A stretch of 64,000 nt of DNA from Camelus dromedarius (GCF_036321535.1 NC_087437.1:48486001-48550000), one strand, 5' to 3'; positions 26,218 through 38,552 are shown, counted from the stretch's first letter. Numbers and translations are program-made. The notes: generated by a model not told the origin, from the letters alone.

Positions 26218-26499
26218 AAACTCATTTTTTGTTTCAGCAAAGGTTCAAAAGTTTTGGAAAGAAGACTAAGTTTAATAGAAGAAATATTGAGATAATCTCT
26301 GATTGGCAAGTGTCCTATTGATGTGGGATTTTTTGGAAGTTTGGGAGACTTTCTAATTGGTCTTCAGATAAACTGATAGCCCTTGGTTGACTGTAAAAAG
26401 GCAAGACGCTTAGGGAAGTTTCAAAAAGAGGAAGGAGAGTTTGAGGTTCCGAGTAGAAGATCATCAGTGACTGAGCATTTCCTGGAACAACTAGGGTAA

Positions 26500-26730
26500 A
26501 TAGTAGCTGTTATGGCAAGATCTTTCTCAGTATTCCCAAGTGATCATCATCAGAACCCTGTGAGAAAGGCAGGGCAGCCATTATTACTCCCTCTGTCACC
26601 AATGAAGAAACTATAGCTGATGAATTAAGGTCCCAAGGCCACATAGCTATTAAATTGATAAAGAACCTGGACTAGAATCTAGGTTTTTCTCATTCCTTGT
26701 TCATTGTTCTTTCTACCACGTCACACTGAT
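26500..26730 (-). mobile_element. MIR SINE
   Basis: AACCCTGTGAGAAAGGC...ATGAAGAAACTATAGCT...CCCAAGGCCACATAGCTATTAA. Confidence 0.7.
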
Positions 26731-27070
26731 TCCATATCTCTTTTTCCAATTTAGACATGTTTTGATTATAAGAAAATCGGCAACTCTTTATTTAATATGG
26801 AATCAAAAGATATTTTCACCATGTACTAGAGAAATGATCTGAAAATCATTTTATTCCCACTGGCCATTAGAAGGGGGTTTACTTTCAGGAGATGAAAGCC
26901 GCATGTAATGTTATTTAAAAGTTTCTCTGTTGACTTCTACAAGAAAAAATTGCTAATCTGGTCTTGCGTCCTCTAAATATCTCTTAAAATCATATAAAAA
27001 CTGTGAAAGCACTATCCATCTTATACATTAATGTATTTTATATGTAAGCTGTAGTTTTCTTATCTTTAAC

Positions 27071-27354
27071 CTTTTGTAAGGGTTATTCTGCACTTCTTCT
27101 TCCTCTTTGACAGCTAAAGCTATTGAGTGCAAAGAAATCTTTCTTGTAACTGGTGTAGTGGTCAATTAAATACATAGGGATTTTTTCCTTCTATATACAC
27201 TCTTCTCTATTTTTGTAAAGTCAAGCCTAAAGCAACTTCTCCTTGCTCAAAAATAGCGTGACACAGTAAAGAGTCCTGAGTGGATTGAGGTCATTTAGGT
27301 TCCTGAGCAATAGAGCAGGCACCAGGAGACTTGCATACTGGTTTTAATGAATAT
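27071..27354 (-). pseudogene. Candidate decayed exon
   Basis: Acceptor tgtatttttaag|, donor AAAG|gttaaa. Frame reads YSLKPVCKSPGACSIAQEPK*PQSTQDSLLCHAILSKEKLL*A*LYKNREECI*KEK... Confidence 0.35.
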
Positions 27355-28301
27355 CTTAAAAATACATTTGCATAGTTCACATTCTAAAACCTTCTGTGTC
27401 AAACAATGAGCCTTAGAAACTGCAAAAGAAAACGCAAGCCACCATCTCCATTACTTCATCCTCTTCCTCTCCCCTACCTCTAGCCTCACAAGTGTGAAGA
27501 TTATTGATACTGGCAAGTGAACTAAAAGAATTAAAGTCAGTATTCCCAAGAAAGTTATATCCATTTTCATTACTGAAATTAGTCGTAATTACTGTAATCC
27601 ATCTTTTGTAATGCAAATACATTTTCTGGAAATTGCAAAGAAACTGTAGACTAAGATATAACTTAAAAATCTATAGAGAAAGTCTAGTATAATCTCTGAG
27701 GGTTGTTTTTTCACTCAATTGATTTTTATTTAGAAAGAAATGTGGTTTATAATTTGATATTAGCATGCATCAAAGAAAAACTAGAAGGGGATTCCAAAGT
27801 AACAAAACTACAATGGCAACTAAACCTTTTTCTGTTTTTAATGTGAACAGTTGGGGGAAGGGAAAAGAGAAAGGACCAATGGGCTGCTTGCTCCTAAGGC
27901 AACGTTTCGTTGACAATGAGAGAAACAAGCCAGGTACTGAAGCCAAGACATTCTAAAGAGAGAACATGGCTTCTAGGAAGTGATAAAATTTTAAGCTAAA
28001 AGTTTTGTGGGTTAATGGAAAAAAAAGTGAAGGATTAGTGAGGAAGGTAATGGATTGTACCTTAAACATTTATCTCTATACTTTTTTTCTAAATTATCAT
28101 CTTTAAAATAGTGATGGCTTAACATTATTTGAGCTCAACCACTCAGGAAAACTTATTTTTATGTAAAATAAAAATACATAGAAAAATAATAAGTATATCA
28201 CAGAGGCATTAGAAGAACACTACTACTTAGAAATCCCAGAGAATGGTTCTATAACTTAAGCCTTTCCTTTTGGAACTAACAGCAGTAGAAGTTATTGTTA
28301 C

Positions 28302-28371
28302 CTGGTGGCAGTATTCCTCAGTAACAGAATAATCTCTCTGAAAACTGATACTAACATCTTGAATATAGAAT
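28302..28371 (-). pseudogene. Candidate exon (70 nt) with an open frame
   Basis: Strong acceptor tctttacttttag| and donor CAG|gtaac. Open frame FYIQDVSISFQRDYSVTEEYCHQ. Confidence 0.5.
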
Positions 28372-28762
28372 CTAAAAGTAAAGACATGAAGTGATGTCTC
28401 AAGAATTGCAGACGTATCTTTTTTGCCTAGACTGAACGATGACATGCTTGTCTGAGGTTGCCCTTTATTTACTTTCCCCTACCCAAATTAGTAAAATCTG
28501 AAAGCATCATTATGAAAAGCTAGCCTAGAGTTTCAAGTATATTTACTTGATGTAGGTGAGAACTCTACAAAGTAATTGAAGGGCCAATTTATAGAGCAAG
28601 TAACTGGATTATTAAATAATACTTAATTTAATGATATAAAAACTCAGTTAACAGGAATGTGAAATTGATGATTTGATGATCTCATCCATATTGCCACTAA
28701 ACTGAACAGGCCATGTGGCCCACATATTTATTGCTTGGTGATTGGCTATTAAGACAAGCAAG

Positions 28763-31250
28763 GGCATTAGATCAAGATAATGGAGTAGTAGGACACAGAA
28801 CTTACTTGCCCCAAACAAACACTTCAAAAATACATCTACATGTGGAACAATCCTCACTGAACACTATCTGGAGACTGGCAGAAAGACTCCTGTACAACCA
28901 AAGCTGTAAGAAAAATCCACACAGAATTGGGTAAGAAGAGAAGAGAAACAATCAGATCAGGACCTGAGCCCCTGAGAGGGGACTCAGAGGAAAGGGAGAT
29001 TACACGGGTGGAGATCATCCCTGAGGAGGGAACGGTTTAAGCCACGTACAGGGTGCTCCAGCCCTGAGGTCCAGCAAAGGGAAAATGAGCCCCTTGGTTG
29101 GTGGGAGTGCTGATGGGACTCACAGGAGAGCTGTGGGAAGCATGGACTCCACTCAGGAGGAGCGCATCTGTGCTTGCTTGCTTCTGACGTAGGGTGGAGA
29201 GTGTGGCTTGAGAATGCAGGTGTCGGTGACTGGATCCTGCTTCTGCACTAACACACGCCCCAGCCTGGGTTGAGCAAATGCTCCAGCACTACTTGCTTCA
29301 TGTGTCAGCTCCACATCGGAAAGAGAGCTACCAGGACTGGGGAAAGACCTTGGCTGTGAGATGCTGAGGCAACTCAAACCTGAAGTGGTCTCTGAGCAGG
29401 GAGGGGGAAGCCATTGCTGGCACTTACATGAGTGGTGCATCAGAGACAGCTGGAACATCAAAGGGCTGCCAGACTGCTACAGCCCAATGCCCAGGACCTC
29501 CCTGAGCCCAAGCCAGCCCCTCTTATTCCAGGGCTGCTGGGAGCAGGAAAAGCTTATACTTCAAGGGAAATGAGTCTTCTCAGACCCTATCCTCAAGGCT
29601 TTTGCTTCAACAATATGGGGCCTGATCCCACCCCTGATAGGGTGGTGATGGCCACTGAGCAGAGGGGAAGCCCAGATGACACCAGGGTCTGGCTCTAGCC
29701 CCTTCATCTCCAGTTCCACATCCAACCAAGGTGATACCTGCCAGCATACCCTGAGAAAAGACACAACTTGTGTTCATGTCAAATATAGCTCTCCCACAAA
29801 AGCTGCTGGGCATGTGAAACTATATAGGGATGCTCCTACATAAGGACACCCCATAAGACTGCAATAAGCAACTGTTTCACTTAATTTCACAAAGTTAAGC
29901 AAAATGAGAAGACAGAGGAACCTGTCTCAACTGAAAAAGCAAGAGAACATTCCTGAAAAACAATTAATGAAATGGATATAAACAATTTACCAGATAAAGA
30001 ATTCAAAGGATTAGTAATAATGATGCTAACTGAATTAGGGAAAAGAATAGAGTGAGAATTTTAACTAGAGAATATCCCAAAAAAGTCAGATTTTTGTCAC
30101 AAAACCAGAACAAATAATCCTAAAATTTACATGGAACCATAAAAGATCCAGAATTGCCAGAGCAATACTGAGGAAAAAGAACAAAGCTGGAGGCATAACC
30201 CTCCCAGACTTCACCCAATACTACAAAGCTACAGTAATCAAAGCAGCATGGTACTGGCACAAAAGCAGACATATAGATCAATAGAACAGAATAGCAAGCC
30301 CAGAAATAAACCCACACACCTACAGTCAATTCATCTATGACAAAGGAGGCAAGAATATACAATGGAGAAGACAGTCTCTTCAGCAATTGTTGGGAAAGCT
30401 GGACAGCTGCATGTAAATCAATGAAATTAGAGCACTCCCTCTCCCCATATACAAAAATAAACTCAAAATGGTTTAAAGACTTAAATATAAGGCATTACAT
30501 CACAAAGCTCCTAGAACAGAATATAGGCAAAACATTCTCTGACATAAATGATAGCAGTTATTTTCTTAGGTGAGTCTCCCAAGGCAGCAAAAATAAACAA
30601 ATGGGACCTAATCAAACATAAAAGCTTTTGCAGAGCAAGGGAAACCAAAAACAAAATGAAAAGACAAACTCTGGAATGGGAGAAAATATTTGCAAACAAT
30701 GTGACTGACGAGGGCTTAATTTCTAAAATATACGAATAGCTCATACAACTCAGTAACAACAACAACAACAAACAATAGCCAAGACATGGAAGTAACCCAA
30801 GTGCCCGTGAACAGATGAATGGGTAAAGAAGATGTGGTATATATATACAATGGAATATTACTCAATCATAAAAAAGAATGAAATTCTGCCATTTGCAACA
30901 ATATGGCTGGATCTAGACAGTATTATGCTTAGTGAAATAAGTAAGACAGAGAAAGATAAACATCATGTGATATCACTAATATGTGGAATCTAAAAAATAA
31001 AACAGATGAATGTATATAACAAAAAAAGAAACAGATGCACAGATATAGAGAACAAGCCAATGGTTACTAGTGAGCAGAAGGAAGGGAGGATGGGCAAGTT
31101 AGAGAATGGGGTAGAGAGACACAAATCACTACATATGAAATAAATAAACAACAAGGATATATTGTACAGCATAGGGAAATATAGCCATTATTTTGTAATA
31201 GCTTTAAACGAAGTAAAATCAATAAAAAAAATATTGAATCACTAAAAAGA
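28763..31250 (+). mobile_element. LINE-1 with both ends present but large internal deletions (5'UTR, ORF1 start, ORF2 segment, 3'UTR)
   Basis: GC-rich 5'UTR from ~28770 (GATCAAGATAATGGAGTAGTAGGAC); ORF1 start MRRQRNLSQLKKQ at ~29904; jump to late ORF2 at ~30095; second jump at ~30770. TSD-like AAGACAAGCAAG (28751-28762) / AACACAAGCAAG (31251-31262). Confidence 0.9.
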
Positions 31251-33624
31251 AACACAAGCAAGAAAATAATAAATATTGAACTCATCTGTGATGACTATTA
31301 ATACGATACTATGAGGGCTTCCATTAGTGACCAAAAGCGTGCATATAGGTCTTAGGATTTTCTGTATTTCTTCTATATTACTTTTCCCACACAACATAAC
31401 TTCTAAACAATAAGTTAGGACTGAAATGCTTAAGGTTCTAAATTAGTGCTGAAATTTTGGCTGCCCACTAATTTTTGGTTGTCCCTTCCAATAACAAACT
31501 TAAGATCAACCATAAGGAAAAGAAAACTCTAAATACATACACTGTGCTATGTCAGGGATTTTTGTTTATAGTATTAATTTAATATTCACAACCATCAAGC
31601 ATGGAAAGTGTTATTAGCCCCATTGTCTGCAAGAGGAACTTCAGGCTTGGAGAACTTAGGGAATCAGTCAGAAATACATCAGTATTAAGTGATAGAAGCA
31701 AGAGTTGTCTCCAACCACTCCCCTTCTCCGGTATTTTTAAATTTTACATTTCGAAATTGAAACATCTTTTTTCTGATTATACGATCATTGTAAAAATTAA
31801 AGTCATACAAAGTTAAAGGGTCACTTCTCTGCCAATTTATGCACACTCACGCACACACACAAACATACACTCACACCCTGAAAATGACCATACAGCAATC
31901 CTGACAGATTGCTCCTTCCCTGGCAAGAAGCATCGCTGATTGTAAAGTTATTTTAATTTTTATTGAGTTGAAGTCAAATCTGCTTACTAAGTCTGCAGAA
32001 TAAATAAAATTTTCCTTCTATGTTGAAAGCTTTCCCAATACTGTATTTGAAAACAATTCTCATGCCCCAAATTAGAATTTTTTTCTTTAGGTTTACTATG
32101 CCCAGTTCCTTCAGTTTTCCCTCTTTTATGATAGGATTTCCAGCTCTATAATTTTCATGGATTATATTCTGGAATTAAATATAATATTCCAGATATGATT
32201 GATCAGTTGCAGAATATTTGACTCTCTTACCTTGGACATTTCATTTTAAAGCACTTTCTTGAGCATATTACCATTATGACTAAAATCTAAATGTGCATTT
32301 ACTTTCTAGGCATCTATATCAAATTTTTCACTTTTAATGAACTTACAGCCAATTGAAACCCTGAAGAAATTTTGCCAGATCTCCTTTCTACATTTAAACA
32401 CTTGTTTGTTTTAATCTAACTTATATCCTCTGTGTTAATTGTGAGGATGTTCCTACTATTTACCTATAATCCAAACCTGTCAAAAATTTTTGAGTGAGTT
32501 CTATCATCTGGTATATTAGTTTTCCCTTCTGGGTTATGTCACTTCCAGTTGAATCCATTCACTTCCTATATCTTCAGGTCACTAATAAACATGTCAAACA
32601 GGTCAGGACAAAAGTTACAGCCCTGCAGTTTGTCACTCAAACACCCTTCTAACTTGATATGAATCTATTAATCAGCTGCCTTTGTGTACCATGCAATGGT
32701 GCAATAGATAAAAATTACTCATGGTATTGGTATTTTGAATTAGCTTAATTCCTCCACATTTTACATAATGATTGTAGCATCAAATATTATAAAATTATAT
32801 ACTGATTGTATTCAAGATGACACATGGGCCATCATTTTTTTGTTCATAGTTATGTATTTATTACAGAGCATATTAGAAAAAAAAATCACTGGTACATTAC
32901 AAACTTGTGACCTTACAGATATTATCATTTAGCACGAAGCTAAGTTTAAGTAAAACAAATCAGTTGATGTTAAAGAAAAAATACAAATATAAAAGTAGAG
33001 ATGGTACATGAATATGGTGGCAAAAAATATGAAGATATTAAGCAAATGACTGAAAATAGAAAAACTCTGCAGAGTTTTATAGTTTTCAATACACAACTAC
33101 ATCATCTGATCCACATAAACCACAATAGAGAATCAATGAGAGACATCAACAAATGCCTATAGAATTTGTTGGGCCACTATTCTCAGTCAGTAAGTTTCAA
33201 GAAACATAGGAAAAGAGTTTCACACAATTTTAACTTGTCCTAAGCAAACCTCTACGGTTCCTGGGAATCAACAACTGCCTCTAATTCTCTATGAAAGTAG
33301 GCAGGGTTAAAAATCTAACAATAGAAATGTACTTTTCAGTATTTTTTCCTAAAGTGCTCACAAGCCACCTGTCTAATAATCTGCTCTCCACTTGGGTATG
33401 GCCTAAAGCTTGTGAGTCTATGATTTCTAGATATATTTTACACTCATTATGAAAATTGGAACATTGCCTATCTCCAGTCTTTTGACACTTCTACTATCCA
33501 AAATTCCTCCAAGATGCCTAGCAATATCTCCTAAGTCGCAGATGGATTTTTTTTCACTCTAGCATGTATGTATTTCATTTGACCCTAAGGACTTGAATTA
33601 ATTTAGACCATCTGTATGCTCTCA

Positions 33625-34262
33625 TCAATCAGTCAATAAACATTCTGAATACTAAGTACTGAGCAGTATGTTTAAAACTGTTTCCCCTGGGGAACTCAGA
33701 GTTTAGCAGGAGAGAAAGATATGTAAATAAATACATATTTACTTCAACATGACAAGTGCTACAATTGAAGTATGTACAAAATGCCATGTGGATACAGAGA
33801 AAAAACTATCCACCCGTGTATGGCTTTAAAAAGACTGAGATATTTAAGTTTTAAAGACTGTCCATGAACTCCCCAGGCTAAGAGGAGGCATTTACACAAA
33901 AGGATTAGTAGGTTTAATATTCAGGAAACACTAAGGAGTTTGGCAAAGCTGGAGTTCAAAAAGCATGAAAGGAACAGATGAGATGAAAGAAAAGCTCAAA
34001 ACATACCATAAAGAGCCATATGTGCCAACGTAAGAAGTCTGAGCTTAATTCTATAAATCACAGAGAACAAAAAATGTTTTCAAGCAGGGGAATGACAAGA
34101 TTTATTTTTAGAGAAATAATTTGTGGGAGTAAAGAAGTTCTCTTCTTTACTTGATTGGAGGGTGAGAGAAGAAAATGTATGCCAAGCAGCAGAATGAATT
34201 TTTAAGGAGGCTGCTGAGATAATGCAGGCAAATAATAAAAAGGGCCAGAATCAGGGTGTTGT
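33625..34262 (-). mobile_element. LINE-2 inserted in CR1
   Basis: TCAATAAACATTCTGAATACT...GGAACTCAGAGTTTAGCAGGAGAG...TTTTCAAGCAGGGGAATGAC. Confidence 0.7.
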
Positions 34263-34594
34263 CCTATCCTATTTGTGCTTTCAGTTTCTCATCAGCACGT
34301 TCTTCTTCCAATTTAATTATTAGTTTTGACATGATAGGGATTAATTCTACTATTTCTCCATCACCTATTAATGTTAGAATTTTCTCCAAGTAAGAAATGT
34401 CACCTTCTTTTATTATATTCATTCTTAATATCATTACAAATATATTTATTCCAAAAATACGCAAAACTTTTAAACAATCAAAAGCCAATATTTTGTTAGT
34501 ATTTTCTGTATGCTTCAGATTACTCTAGGCCTTTATCCTTCCGACACTATTAGACATTTTGGTTATCCATCTATTTGAATTTGATTACATATAT

Positions 34595-35065
34595 GTGACA
34601 AAATTTGCTAGATGCCCCCCAATACGTCTTCCTCCTTTTAATTTATTAATAGAACACCCAGATTCTAGGTAGAAACACAGATATCCAGACTAAAATTTGA
34701 ATTTCCTAGTCTTCATTATAGCTAGGTGTGGCCATCTGACTAATTTCGGTCAAAGGAAGTAAAAGGAACTAGTACGTGCAACTTAAAGAGTATCCTCATA
34801 GTGTGGAGCCATGTCCTTCTTCCTTTCTTCCTTCTTAATGGCTGGAAGTAGAGCAGCTACATTGAACTATGGGGTGATCCTGAAAATAATGTCTGTATGC
34901 AACAGAATCACCAAGAAGGCTGGATTCATGAGAACCTTATAGAGCATGGACACCGTGCCAGTCCTGGACTATCTATCTTCAGATTTAACAGGAAAGAGAA
35001 ATCAATTTTTTAAGTTAATAAAACTTAAAATTCCTATTAGTCAAACCTAATCTCGAAGTAATACA
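34595..35065 (+). mobile_element. ERVL-MaLR LTR (MLT1I/J-like) inserted in CR1
   Basis: ATTTCCTAGTCTTCATTATAGCTAGGTGTGGCCATCTGACTAA...GCCAGTCCTGGACTATCTATCTTCAGATT. Confidence 0.7.
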
Positions 35066-35300
35066 CATCTCCTCTTTCAAATTTAAATCTCTTCCATCTT
35101 CTCTTTAAAGATCATAAAGTACAAGTGGAAAAAGAAGTAAAAACATCACTGGGACCCTTCCTCCATATCACCCAATACTTATATACCACGTAAGTTTTAT
35201 TTGGTGCCTTTGTTTTCTTCCCTCGTTGGAATAATCTCAAATTGTAAAGCCAACATGTTATTTGAAGGACTTTCATTATTATTGAGCCATCATTTCTTTC

Positions 35301-37019
35301 ATTTTTTTGCTTCCAATTTTATTGAGATATAATTGACATATAGCACTGTATAAGTTTAAGGTGCATAGCATAATTATTCAACTTACATACATCATTAAAT
35401 GATTAACACAATAAATTTAATGAACATCCATTATCTCATATAGATACAAAATTAAAGAAATAGAAAGAAGTATTCTTAGGATTCATTATCTTAACAACTT
35501 TCATATATAGCATACAGCAGTGTTAGTTATATTTATCATGTTGTGAATTACATCCCTAGTACTTATTTATCTTACAACTAGGAGTTTGTACCTTTTGATT
35601 ACCTTCATCCAATCCCCTGCTTCCCACCCAGCCTCTACCCCTGGTAACCCCAAATCTGATCTCTTTTTCTACGAGTTTGTTCATTTATTTATTTTTCTTT
35701 TCCATTATGGTTTATTTCAGGATATTGAATATAGTTCCATTGTGCTATAGAGTAGGACATTGTTGTTTATCTGATTTGTTTCTTTTTGAAGTATAAATGA
35801 CCTACAGCACTATGTTAGCTCCTATTACATAACACAGTGATTTGATATATCTATATATTTCAAAATGGTCACCACAATAAGTCTAGTATGATCTGCCACC
35901 ATACAAAGATACATAATCTTTACTATAGTTTCCCCCACTGTACAATTCACACCCATGACTCATTTATTTTGCAACTGGAAATTTGTCTCTCACATCTTCT
36001 TTATCCATTTACCTATTGATGGGCAATATATCACATCTTCCTTATCAATTCATCTATTGATGGACACAGATTGCTTCCATATCTTGGCTCTTATAAATAA
36101 TGCTGCAATGAACATAGGGTTGCACATATCTTTTTGAATTGGTGTTTTTGTTTTCTTCAAATAAATAACCACAAGTGGAATTGCTAGATCATATGGTGGT
36201 TCTATTTCTAACTTTTTGAGGAACCTTCATACAGTTTTCCATAATGGGTGTACCAATTTACATCCCCACCAACAGTGCACAAGGGTTCTCTTTTCTCTAC
36301 ATTCTCACCAACACTTGTTATTTGTTGTCTTTTTAATAACAGCCATTCTGACAGATGTGAGGTGATATTTCATTGTGGTTTTGATTTGCATTTCCCTGAT
36401 GATTAGTGATGTTGAGCATCCTTTCATGTGCCTGTTGGCCATCTGCATGTCTTCTCTGGAAAAATGTCTGTTCAGGAGGTGGTCTTTGCATTTTGTTGAT
36501 AATTTCCTTAGCTGTGCAAAAGCTTTTTAGTGTGATTATTCCCACTTGTTTATTTTTGCTTTTCTTTCCCTTGCTTGAGGAGACATACTTAAAAAAAAAT
36601 TACTATGGTTAATGTCAAAGAACATACTGCCTACGTTTTCTTCTAGAAGTTTTATGGTTTCAGGTCTTACATTTAAGTCTTCAATCCATTTGAATTTATT
36701 TTTATGCATGGTATGAGAGAACAGCCCACTTTGATTCTTTAGCATAAAGCTATCCAGTTTTCCCAACATTACTGAAGATGCTCTATTCCTCATTGTATAT
36801 TCTTGTCTTCTTTGTTGTAGATTAACTGACCATAAGTGTGTACGTTTATTTCTGGGCTCTCTATCCTGTTACATCGATCTATGTATCTGTTTTTGTGGCA
36901 GTAACATACTCTTTTGATTACTGTAGCTTAATAGCATAGTTTGAAATCAGAGCACATGATACCTCCAGCTTTGATCTTCTTTCTCAAGATTGTTTTGGCT
37001 ATTTGGGGTCTTTTGGGTT
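35301..37019 (-). mobile_element. 5'-truncated LINE-1 (L1MA9/L1_Art-like) with TSD
   Basis: 3' end TTTTATTGAGATATAATTGACATATAGCACTG; ORF2 remnants (ORFs 36333-36545 and 36536-36793). TSD GCCATCATTTCTTT (35286-35299) / GCCATCCTTTCTTT (37020-37033). Confidence 0.92.
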
Positions 37020-37099
37020 GCCATCCTTTCTTTTAAATTCACTGGTCAAAGAAATCTATTTATCTTTTCTAAAAAGTCTAAGAAATCTACATTCTTAGA

Positions 37100-37320
37100 A
37101 ATAGATTTCTAAATTCAGACTAACTGGATTCAAATCTGGCTCCTCTACTAAATTTTTGTGCAATGTTGGGAAAATTACTTAAATCTTTCTAAGTAAGTCT
37201 CAGTTTCTTCATCTGTAATACTGGGATAATAGTTACAAGAATTATATGAAATAATCAATGTCAAACACTTATTACAGTGTCTTTTATACTAACAACTGTT
37301 CAATAAATAAGACCCACCAT
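37100..37320 (+). mobile_element. MIR SINE
   Basis: CTGGATTCAAATCTGGCTCCTCTACT...TCTCAGTTTCTTCATCTGTAATACTGGGATAATAG. Confidence 0.8.
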
Positions 37321-38451
37321 TACTTAGCATGACTTAGTGGTCCAGACATTCCTACATTACCTTTTTTCAGGTTTTACAAAATCCAAAATGACATGGTTCC
37401 TGTATTAATGGTCTTTCACACTTTCATATCTTCAAGCAGTTGTCTCTCATTGATCAGATTAAGCTCATACTGGAGGTTTACTTCACTGCTTCCTCAACTT
37501 TTTAAAAACAAATACGAAGCACACTATCATTTCTTTAGTTTCTTTGAACAAGGTGTGCCTTTATGCCATTTCATTACTCAATTCTACTTCTAAACCCCAT
37601 CCCACCCAGATCTTAATAATTACATCCTTGTCTTAACATTCTAGTTTACTTTCCTCATTACTTATGTTCTGCATTGGTGTGGAGACATTTAAGGCCAAAA
37701 GTGTTATTAATTACCCCTTTCTTATTTTCTCCAGTGAAAATGCATCTTTTCCACTATTGATCTGTCAGTGTTAGATCTGCTATCTTGTATATTATTTGGA
37801 TTTAAATTTTTTGATAAACATTATCTCTATGTCTAAACCCCTTTTAAATTTGAGTTGAAAACTCTTTGAAAAGCCTGCAGGTTCTCTTCCAGGTTTTGCA
37901 ATGTATATTCCAAATTTCCCAGGTTCCCAATTAGTCTGGAAAACCCTTTTTTATCCCATGATACTATATATTCAGTTAGCTATTCACTTGTAATATCTTC
38001 TCTTTTTTCACCATTTGAGTTCTCCAGGATCCCAAAGTCACTTATCAATCATTTTATGCTTGCTTTGATGGTTTTGATTATCATCAAAAGTAATGGTCAG
38101 CAGTTTCAATCACTTTCAGGTTTTCTATCTTCCTAGTAAATCTTCATGTAGCTACAACCATACCCATCTTCAATACAGAGTAAATAAACATTCACCATTA
38201 AGACTCTTCTTCCTAGGTCATTATTATAGTTTTTCTTAAACATATTAACTCCTCTGAATTCTTAATGCCAATTTTTAAATATGAAAACAATTCCAGTGAG
38301 GCTTGCAGTAATGTAAATGTAATTAAAAACCAATGTTCCTTCTGCTACACTACATTATCACAAAACTTCACTGACCTCAAACTCTTAAAATCTAGTGACT
38401 AAAACTAATACACATGGTATAATATAATAAACTTTAAAACTATAAGTTATA

Positions 38452-38520
38452 GGGGGTAGATGGGTATAGCTCAGTAGTAGAGAGCTTGCTTAGCATGCAT
38501 GAGGTCTTGGGTTCAATCCT

Positions 38521-38550
<30 letters not shown>
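38452..38550 (+). mobile_element. Short tRNA(Ala)-derived SINE (Vic-1-like), truncated after the B box
   Basis: GGGTATAGCTCAGTAGTAGAGAGCTTGCTTAGCATGCATGAGGTCTTGGGTTCAATCCTC followed directly by poly(A). Confidence 0.9.

Positions 38551-38552
<2 letters not shown>

Larger units (their letters stand above)
31885..38230 (-). mobile_element. Long, fragmented CR1/L3 LINE relic
   Basis: Minus-strand RT motifs LQGCNFCPDLFDMFISDL (~32570-32630; compare PQGSVLGPVLFNIFINDL) and VSKDWR*A/NVPIF (~33450-33490; compare VPDDWKKANVVPIFKKG). ORF 34264-34488 resembles the CR1 ORF2 linker. The 5' extent is uncertain. Confidence 0.75.

Noticed and set aside
29153..29813. Cluster of overlapping ORFs in GC-rich sequence
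   Set aside because: They lie in an L1 5'UTR, where high GC lowers stop frequency.
34264..34488. 74-aa minus-strand ORF resembling a host protein
   Set aside because: It is colinear with the CR1/L3 ORF2 relic.
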